Made by a program: the position numbers and the translations under genes
From: Candidatus Hodarchaeum mangrovi
GTDB taxonomy: Archaea; Asgardarchaeota; Heimdallarchaeia; Hodarchaeales; Hodarchaeaceae
Direction of reading: 5' to 3'
Length of the DNA: 64,000 nt
Assembly: GCA_016839515.1 (NCBI GenBank)
Contig: JAEOUE010000209.1
Location: forward strand, 9,326 to 73,325
Notes under the pieces: model-generated
The model's database searches: none
What the model saw: the letters and a program-made list of their open reading frames with translations, nothing else
What the model was told of the DNA's origin: nothing
In this document: positions 58,550-64,000 of the stretch, piece by piece
Layout of the letters: each line of letters starts with the position of its first letter
How positions within the stretch are numbered: position 1 is the stretch's first letter

Positions 58550-59533
58550 TTGATCATCCAAACTGATATTGTTAATCTTGGGTATATGGTACTTGATATC
58601 GTCTTTAAGGAACAAAGTAGTCAAAAAATCGATTTAAATTCCTTAAAAAGCCAAAAGACCTTCAAAATTGGTGGACCTCCCTCATTTTCAGGATTAATTC
58701 AGATTAAATTGTCTTTAAATTTTCCTTGGATCAATCCTACTCCACATGTTTTTGCCTATGCATGTCCTCAAGTAATAAACTTATTAAGAAAGGTTCCTAA
58801 TCATCAACCTTTATTAATAAATCTTAGATTAAATAAGACATGCCCTAAATTTCATCTTATATACCCAGAAAACAATGGAGAACGTATCCTTTTTTTACAA
58901 GATCCTCCCAGTCCTTTTAATCCTCATGATTTTAACTGGAGAAATATTTCTCCAAAAGCAGTTATTGTTGGCTCCGTATATAATGAATTTAATGAAGTAA
59001 AAATATTTGATTTTTTACGAGAACAAACAGATTACATTGCTTTTGATCCACAAGGATGTTTTCGACATATCGGAGATCAGGGGGAAGTTAAACACAGTAC
59101 TTGGTATGATTCTAAGCTTTTATCTAAATTATACTGTCTAAAATTATCATTAAATGAAGCTATTCTTTTAGGGAAGGGAAAAAAAGTCGATGATATTATT
59201 GAATCCTTATTAGAAGAGAATATTGAAACAATTTTAATAACCAATGGTAGAAAAGGGATTTATCTTGGATCTAAGAACGATCCAAGCAATGAAATCGTTT
59301 TTTTGCCTGCTTTTAGGACTGAAAAGGTTGTTGATGAAACAGGTGCAGGAGACATTTTTTTAACAACGTATGTCCATTATTATTTACACCATGGAAATAA
59401 AATCATGGCGTGTGCTTTTGCTTCTAGTATTGTTTCATTATTTGTTGAACAGCCAGGATTTGCATCAGATTTTTCAAAAATGGAAATAATAAATAGAATG
59501 AGACTAATAGCAGAGGATTCAAAGCTAATTTAA
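58550..59533 (+). CDS. PfkB-family carbohydrate kinase
   Basis: GGPP, DPQG, ITNG, VDETGAGD. Confidence 0.9.
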   Translation: MIIQTDIVNLGYMVLDIVFKEQSSQKIDLNSLKSQKTFKIGGPPSFSGLIQIKLSLNFPWINPTPHVFAYACPQVINLLRKVPNHQPLLINLRLNKTCPKFHLIYPENNGERILFLQDPPSPFNPHDFNWRNISPKAVIVGSVYNEFNEVKIFDFLREQTDYIAFDPQGCFRHIGDQGEVKHSTWYDSKLLSKLYCLKLSLNEAILLGKGKKVDDIIESLLEENIETILITNGRKGIYLGSKNDPSNEIVFLPAFRTEKVVDETGAGDIFLTTYVHYYLHHGNKIMACAFASSIVSLFVEQPGFASDFSKMEIINRMRLIAEDSKLI

Positions 59534-59555
59534 TCAGTTATTTCAGTCTTAATTC

Positions 59556-60275
59556 CTACCTGATTTTTGCAGTTGTGATAGGTCTAATCCCGTGTTTATC
59601 ATATTCTATCGGAAACGCCCGTGAATCTACTCCAGGAAGTTTTTTAATCCCTAAGACTCGCTCATACAATCGAGTTTCAGTATTTAAACGCATTACAAAT
59701 TCTAAAACAACATCACTATAATGTGAGAAAAGGTTCTCTTGGTCCATTCCATGAACCCCCCGAACCATAATAAGAAAATGCCAACCAGAGGTACCTTTAA
59801 TAATTGAAGAATACTCGCTAATAAATCTTAATACTTCTTTTGAAGATGATTGGATTAGCATATAGGTTAATGATGAAATACATGAGTTGAAACCATTTTT
59901 CCCATGTTCATTTTTGTATTCTTCAATCTTACGAAAGAGATTATGTGAAACCACGTTGATAGCATCCTGATCCCATTGAATCGTGCGAGTTTTTTTATTT
60001 TTGGCGTTAGGACTAAGATCAATAAAATACCAAGGTAATTTTGAGGTATTCCAGTCAAATGCGTCCAATTCCCTTCTAACTTCAAGCTCAGATCGATCCA
60101 ATGAGGTATAAATCGTTGGAATCCCATTATTTCCTCGATGTACCAAAAGTTGATGTAAGAATGTATCAAATCCAGAACCTGGATCACCTATTATTAAAAT
60201 CAAAGAATCACGAGGTAGCCCACTAATAAAATCATCTATCACAGGGATACCAATTGGAATCAATCCCTTGGACAT
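59556..60275 (-). CDS. KaiC/RAD55-like protein with degenerate Walker A
   Basis: GIPVID, GDPGSGFDT (no Lys), R.LGIKK. Confidence 0.8.
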   Translation of the reverse strand: MSKGLIPIGIPVIDDFISGLPRDSLILIIGDPGSGFDTFLHQLLVHRGNNGIPTIYTSLDRSELEVRRELDAFDWNTSKLPWYFIDLSPNAKNKKTRTIQWDQDAINVVSHNLFRKIEEYKNEHGKNGFNSCISSLTYMLIQSSSKEVLRFISEYSSIIKGTSGWHFLIMVRGVHGMDQENLFSHYSDVVLEFVMRLNTETRLYERVLGIKKLPGVDSRAFPIEYDKHGIRPITTAKIR

Positions 60276-60322
60276 TAGAAAACCTCTAACTTTCGTATCC
60301 TGCTTGTTATATAGTGGATTTA

Positions 60323-60547
60323 TTATTCAAATTTAATAAATAGAATATTATACCCGCGTAAAAAAGCTTTTCCATATCGTTTGCTGATTTTCCCCTCTTC
60401 CATCTCAGAACAATCTTCAAGGATAAGATTCATGTATTGATCAGTTATTCGGAGTCGTCCTGTATAACTTTGATTACTTTTTAGTCTAACAGTAATTATT
60501 TTGCCAATCGCTTTTTCTAGCCTATTCAATGGTTGTGACATTGCCAT
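60323..60547 (-). CDS. Sm-like (Lsm/SmAP) protein
   Basis: VRLK..YTGRL..DQYMNLIL, FLRG.NI. Confidence 0.94.
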   Translation of the reverse strand: MAMSQPLNRLEKAIGKIITVRLKSNQSYTGRLRITDQYMNLILEDCSEMEEGKISKRYGKAFLRGYNILFIKFE

Positions 60548-60669
60548 ATTTCCTCATAGAAATTTGTATCGCAGATTAAAAACTGATTAAGCCCCATTAT
60601 TTCTAGCTTTTTATAATTTCCATTTTTGGAGATTATTTTTCTAAGGTAGAACATTCAAATATCACAAAG

Positions 60670-62871
60670 TTATTCTTCTTCATCTAAAGAATGAATAAAC
60701 TCTTCAAATTCCTCGTAATATTGTGCAACATACTCTTGTTTAAATTCATCTAAAATTTTTTCTAAGTCTATCTCAGAACCAGAACTTACCATTTCTGAAA
60801 CTGTTTTCTTAATAATTTCGAATCTTCTTTTTTTTCGTAATTCTTCCCGTAATTTTAATTCAATTTTTCTAATTTCTTCCTTTACACCTATATCGATCAG
60901 ATATAACTCATCATAAACCCAAATTTTAAGCTTAGGGTTATTTTCATCTCTCTCTCGTTCGGAAAATTCCTCCAATGGTAAAATTAAAACAGGGATGGAA
61001 TTGTCATTAAATTGATTTAATGCCTGATCTGAAAAATTAGGTGTTTCCTCTGGGATAATAATCCCTCTTATTCCATAATCAATAAGTTTTAATGCTGTTT
61101 GAGCTCCTCCTCCACTTGGATTCAATACTAAAACAATATCCCCTTCATTTAGTCCGTAATCTCTTACCGTGGTTCTTATTGAGTCGTCAGAGAAAGATTT
61201 AACCACTTTTAAAGGTATCTCTCTCCCTTGGACCCAAAAGTTTTTGATTTGCTTTAATTTTTCCATTTCTTTAAGATTTTCTCTAATTTGACAGCGAATC
61301 TCTTGATTTTCACTTTTTATTCTCCCAACTTCACGATCAACCCCATTATTAATTTTATTTTGAATATACTTTGCAGTTCGGACTTTTTCTCTCTCAAAGA
61401 ATTCCTTCCATCTTTTTGTTTCTAACGCATTTCTTTTTGATTGTTTCTTCCAATAGGAAGCTTCACGATCTAAATTATCCATTTCTTCGTAAAAAAAATC
61501 AATTTTTGATTGTAATCGCCCAATTTCTTGGGTTAAAGAAATTTTTACCGCATTATAATCTGGTTTAGTCTCAAGCCCGTCTCTAGTAGCAAGCTGTTCT
61601 TTAACTATCTCTATAGCATTAGCAATATTGTTTCCTGCTAATACCATTCGTTGAACTTCAGGAATATAGGATTGTAATTCAGGATTTTCAAGCTCAATAT
61701 TACGCTTAATCTTAATTAATTGATCTTTTAAGGAATTATATGCCCTTAATGCTCCATAAAGAGCATCTCGTTCATGACTATTAAGATGTCCATAATCCAC
61801 TGTTAAATCACGATAATCCTGTAAATATTCTCTTTTCTGAGCCGCTGAAGTTAGTGTTGAAGGGGATAATAACTTTGCTCCTGTGATTTGTGCTATCTTT
61901 TCTACCATCGCAGGCGGAGGTACAACATCAGCAGCTACACAACAAATTTTCCCGAATTTAGATGCAATACGAATAATTTGAGATACCCCACATTCTCTTT
62001 TAGAATTAAGATAGAGCATCTGTCCCTTTAAACAATCTACGATGGCAATACCAGTTGTAGTACCTGGATCAATACCTAATATAATATTATGAAGTGTTTT
62101 ACTAGCTGGGGCTACAGAAGGGTCAAGAGGTCTAAATTCAAGATTGGATTTACTAATTCGTTCGAAATCAACACGAACAAGCTCCGTATTCAACGATTTA
62201 GATTTATTCCGAATCTCCTGTATTTTTTTCTTTTCTAATTGAACTAGATAAACACGTCGGTTAGGATATTCATATTCCTCTGCATCTAAACCGAAATCTT
62301 TTAGTATATTTTCTACTGCACCAGCAGCTTGATCTACTGCAGTTCTACTTATTCTCTCATATCTTGGTGCTGACCAACCACCATGACCATGACTCTTTCT
62401 TTTAGAAATAACTATACGGATCTCTTCCTCAAATGCGATGATTTCATGACCAATTTTCTTCTTACAAAGATAAGCACATATCTCTGCGGTTTCAAGAGAA
62501 TCTAATTTTGAGGAACCAAATGAAAAGCTTAATACTTTCTTCAAATAATGTTTTTGCACAAGAGTATGTATTTTTTCCATCCCAGTCCTTGGATTGCCAG
62601 TAACCTGAACTAAACTTGTTGTAGGAGGAATTATATTTAAAAATCGAATTATCCCTTTAGCATCTGGAGCTAATTCGAAAATATTGTCTATAGCAATAAA
62701 ATCAGGATTCAGATCAAAAATTTTTTTAGCCAATGATCTCTTATTAAGCTTAGGATATTTATCCATATGACCATTAGCCAACACTACTAAAGAAAATACT
62801 AAAATACCTCTCTGGTTTCTATCTACCCTACTTAGTATATCTATTCCAAAAATAATTGGGTTAGAATTCAT
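60670..62871 (-). CDS. DUF460 family protein (RNase H-like domains + coiled coil)
   Basis: GIDIL, AIDNIFEL, GGWS..RY.R, GIDPGTTTG, HERDAL. Confidence 0.88.
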   Translation of the reverse strand: MNSNPIIFGIDILSRVDRNQRGILVFSLVVLANGHMDKYPKLNKRSLAKKIFDLNPDFIAIDNIFELAPDAKGIIRFLNIIPPTTSLVQVTGNPRTGMEKIHTLVQKHYLKKVLSFSFGSSKLDSLETAEICAYLCKKKIGHEIIAFEEEIRIVISKRKSHGHGGWSAPRYERISRTAVDQAAGAVENILKDFGLDAEEYEYPNRRVYLVQLEKKKIQEIRNKSKSLNTELVRVDFERISKSNLEFRPLDPSVAPASKTLHNIILGIDPGTTTGIAIVDCLKGQMLYLNSKRECGVSQIIRIASKFGKICCVAADVVPPPAMVEKIAQITGAKLLSPSTLTSAAQKREYLQDYRDLTVDYGHLNSHERDALYGALRAYNSLKDQLIKIKRNIELENPELQSYIPEVQRMVLAGNNIANAIEIVKEQLATRDGLETKPDYNAVKISLTQEIGRLQSKIDFFYEEMDNLDREASYWKKQSKRNALETKRWKEFFEREKVRTAKYIQNKINNGVDREVGRIKSENQEIRCQIRENLKEMEKLKQIKNFWVQGREIPLKVVKSFSDDSIRTTVRDYGLNEGDIVLVLNPSGGGAQTALKLIDYGIRGIIIPEETPNFSDQALNQFNDNSIPVLILPLEEFSERERDENNPKLKIWVYDELYLIDIGVKEEIRKIELKLREELRKKRRFEIIKKTVSEMVSSGSEIDLEKILDEFKQEYVAQYYEEFEEFIHSLDEEE

Positions 62872-62881
62872 ATTTTTGTCC

Positions 62882-63793
62882 CTAATTCTCTATAGGAGCG
62901 TTTAATAGTTCATTTACTATATCCATAACTTCAATTTTATATGCTAAATTGAATTTTCTAAAGAAAAATTTTAGAATATTTCCAATATCCCTCATCAATG
63001 CCTCCTTGGCGTGGGTTGCAGATGTTTCAATATATTGTGGCCAATCAAAAAGGACTGGATAATCTTTTTCATCTAAACGTATGTTGTATTCGCTTAGATC
63101 CCCATGAATAAAACCTGTGGCTGTAGCTTTCCTTATTTCCTGAAGAATATTTTCAAAGAGGTTAAGGATCTGTTCTTGAGATTCATATTCGTTTTTTTTA
63201 ACTCGGTAGAGATCAGTACCTATAATTATTTCCATTGCTACAATATGGCGATTTTGAGCTATTGGCTTGGGAACACTGATACCTGCATTATATAGATTGG
63301 TCAAAGCTTCATATTCTCTCTGTGCTGATAATCGACTTTCATATAGTGGAGATAAATGTCTTTTTTCAGCTATGAAAGATCTTGCTTTACGAGTAGCGCG
63401 GAAATCAAGTTTTCCTAAACGATGAATCTTAATTAAGAATTGCATTCCTTCATTATTGATAGCTAAATGGATATTACTTTCTTTCCCCGCACCAATTTCA
63501 GGCCCAACTTGATCAATGATACCTTTTTCTACCAATGCTTTTGATCCTAAGGCATCATAACCCATAAAAGTCAATGCAACACCAAGATAATGCCTTTGAA
63601 CAATAAAAATTAATTTTAATCTTTTTAATCTTCTAAGTTCTACTTCAGTTCTTTTTTCTGAATATTTCAAAATAGATGCTATCATTTCGACTGGAACAAT
63701 TTCATAAGATGCCATATTCACCTCAATTAAAGATAATAATTGGAATTGAAATTTATTCAGATCCCGAAAAATGTCTAGTATCTTCAATGGCAT
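62882..63793 (-). CDS. rio2: RIO2 kinase
   Basis: N-terminal wHTH, LT..GYD, GKES, KIHRLG, HGDLSEYN, DWPQ. Confidence 0.94.
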   Translation of the reverse strand: MPLKILDIFRDLNKFQFQLLSLIEVNMASYEIVPVEMIASILKYSEKRTEVELRRLKRLKLIFIVQRHYLGVALTFMGYDALGSKALVEKGIIDQVGPEIGAGKESNIHLAINNEGMQFLIKIHRLGKLDFRATRKARSFIAEKRHLSPLYESRLSAQREYEALTNLYNAGISVPKPIAQNRHIVAMEIIIGTDLYRVKKNEYESQEQILNLFENILQEIRKATATGFIHGDLSEYNIRLDEKDYPVLFDWPQYIETSATHAKEALMRDIGNILKFFFRKFNLAYKIEVMDIVNELLNAPIEN

Positions 63794-63811
63794 ATATATT
63801 ACCCAAATTAG

Positions 63812-63900
63812 GTCGGTCAGCAAGTGCAACTGTCATCATTAGTCAAGAAAACAGAAAAAGCTGATTCAAGACCTCCGTAGACCGTCTTTTTCATCATAAG
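63812..63900 (-). ncRNA. Candidate box C/D sRNA
   Basis: ATGATGA (63897-91) ... TTGA-cta-ATGATGA (63839-33), 12-nt CAGTTGCACTTG, CTGA (63820-17). Confidence 0.45.
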
Positions 63901-64000
63901 GGAAAAAATGTTTCATTTGACCCTTTCTTGTGTCATTAAACACTTAATAGAATCAGTTTATTAAATCTTATTTTTACTCTGAATCCTTAAACATGGAGTA

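Noticed and set aside
1-64000. CRISPR arrays, intact transposases, integrases, rRNA genes
   Set aside because: None seen by eye; no regularly spaced repeats or recognisable catalytic motifs

Overview
AT-rich archaeal chromosomal window. The gene content points strongly to an Asgard archaeon, most likely Heimdallarchaeia; the Mak16/eL28 homologue is consistent with Hodarchaeales. The first ~19 kb is a eukaryote-like membrane-trafficking and ubiquitin super-locus. It holds ESCRT-I (Vps23, Vps28), ESCRT-II (Vps22, Vps25), two ESCRT-III genes and Vps4, plus ubiquitin, E1, E2 and a RING E3 that the ORF track missed. Also in the locus are a longin-Rab fusion, a Yip1 protein, an Arf-like GTPase and a PAP2 phosphatase. 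An uncharacterised divergent gene (FYVE-like Zn finger, coiled coil, PH-like region, steadiness-box-like tail) sits between the ESCRT-I and ESCRT-II genes. The rest is mostly translation, ribosome biogenesis and housekeeping genes (MetRS, ribosomal proteins, aIF2-gamma, aIF5B, EF-2, SRP19, RlmE, Trm1, RPA, RIO2). There are four tRNAs, three with introns, one of them in the D-loop. A twin-guide box C/D sRNA has guides predicting methylation at two LSU rRNA sites also methylated in yeast. A NUDIX pseudogene is present, and two genes appear to need AUA start codons. All protein calls come from motif recognition by eye; no database search was run.
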